64,000 nucleotides of DNA from Hormiphora californensis (lineage: Eukaryota; Animalia; Ctenophora). The stretch spans positions 5,890,001-5,954,000 of the forward strand of contig CM035359.1 of the NCBI GenBank assembly GCA_020137815.1. The letters are read 5' to 3'. The first letter of the stretch is position 1, and each line of letters starts with the position of its first letter. Below the pieces are notes generated by a model. The model was not told the origin of the DNA and ran no database searches. It worked only from the letters and a program-made list of their open reading frames with translations. A program made the translations under genes and the position numbers. Shown here one piece after another: positions 63,093 to 64,000 of this stretch.

Positions 63093-64000
63093 CGGCAAAA
63101 AAAAGGCCCCCCCTAGACCACCATAGTTGCCGATGTGGTGGAGAGCTGTAACTTGGCAGGGTTGCTCCACTATGTCTATCTTGATCCTGACAGAAAAATC
63201 AGAGCTCTAGCTCAAAATTCATTTTCATGAACGGAATGAACTTCTCCGTTCCTTCGATATGAGACCCCCTCATCATTCAGAATTTTTTGCCCGTCTTTGG
63301 CTAACGATTATCTTTGTAATGAGAGAGACAGTGGAGGGTTTTCCGACCGTCACTCCTGACATGTGATCCAGGCCCGGTCACGTGGTGAAAAGTGGGTTTG
63401 GGGTGCTGTTAACATGTCTCAATAACGGATTATTGCTCTCATATCCCTTGAATATCCCTCCACAATGCTCTCAAGTCACTTTGTGATGCTGATTGATTGG
63501 GTTCATGTCACCAGTTCTTGTCAAAGTTCTCAAGCGGCCCGTGATACGAGATCATTTCATCAAGGAGGGGCCATCTTGTGTCACTAATCAGCCTATCATC
63601 TCACATTACACTAGCCAAGGGATCTGGGGTATTTAAATCTTCAAATGTTCATCAAAATCATTCCCAATCGTTACTTGCAATGCATTTTACACCCGAACAG
63701 AGGAACTTCATCTGGCTCAAGAAGGAAACCAACACCCTCTACCCCACCATCGAACAGGAGTTCTTTATCAAGTTTGGCCGCCATGCCCCATCCAAGAAGT
63801 CCTGCAGAAAGATCCATCGGACAGTTTCAGACGAGGGCCACTCCAAAAACAACAATCCTGGACGATCCGGAAGGAGGAAGTCTGCTACAGGTCAGTACTG
63901 CTGTTGTGGAAGCAGGACCTGTAGCAGACTTCCTCCTTCCGGATCGTCCAGGATTGTTGTTTTTGGAGTGGCCCTCGTCTGAAACTGTCCGATGGATCTT
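63093..64000 (+). mobile_element. Tc1/mariner-superfamily transposon 5' end and transposase HTH start (ATG 63680)
   Basis: TA|CGGCAAAAAA terminus shared with the 36298 copy. MHFTPEQRNFI..F..KFGRHAPS...GRSGRRKSA is a mariner-like HTH and AT-hook region. Confidence 0.75.

Overview
Eukaryotic, repeat-rich animal genomic DNA with GT-AG introns, microsatellites and TTAGGG-like tracts. A ctenophore or another early-branching metazoan is plausible from gene architecture, but that is inference. Host genes reconstructed by splicing: a Ly6/three-finger-like GPI protein, an orphan multi-pass membrane ORF, the 5' half of an SLC37 transporter, an F-type-lectin-like secreted protein, two tandem mitochondrial-type thioredoxins (one intronless with WAGPC instead of WCGPC), a CHST-type carbohydrate sulfotransferase that hosts a same-strand nested gene for a cationic WSC-like peptide, an SLC38-like transporter, and a complete 10-exon DRG1 (367 aa). 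The rest is mostly mobile DNA: three Penelope-like fragments with hammerhead-ribozyme motifs, CR1, CRE-like and RNase-H LINE pieces, many MITE/foldback elements with identifiable TSDs, Helitron ends and a Tc1/mariner. The standout is a ~9 kb minus-strand CR1-group block (about 52760-61950). Its ORF1 fuses an AlkB-type 2OG-Fe(II) dioxygenase to an SGNH esterase. It is followed by two divergent, head-to-tail APE-RT ORFs, each with a hydrophobic leader ending in NPGP and each preceded by a similar spacer. Several 1-nt frameshifts fall in homopolymers and may be assembly errors.
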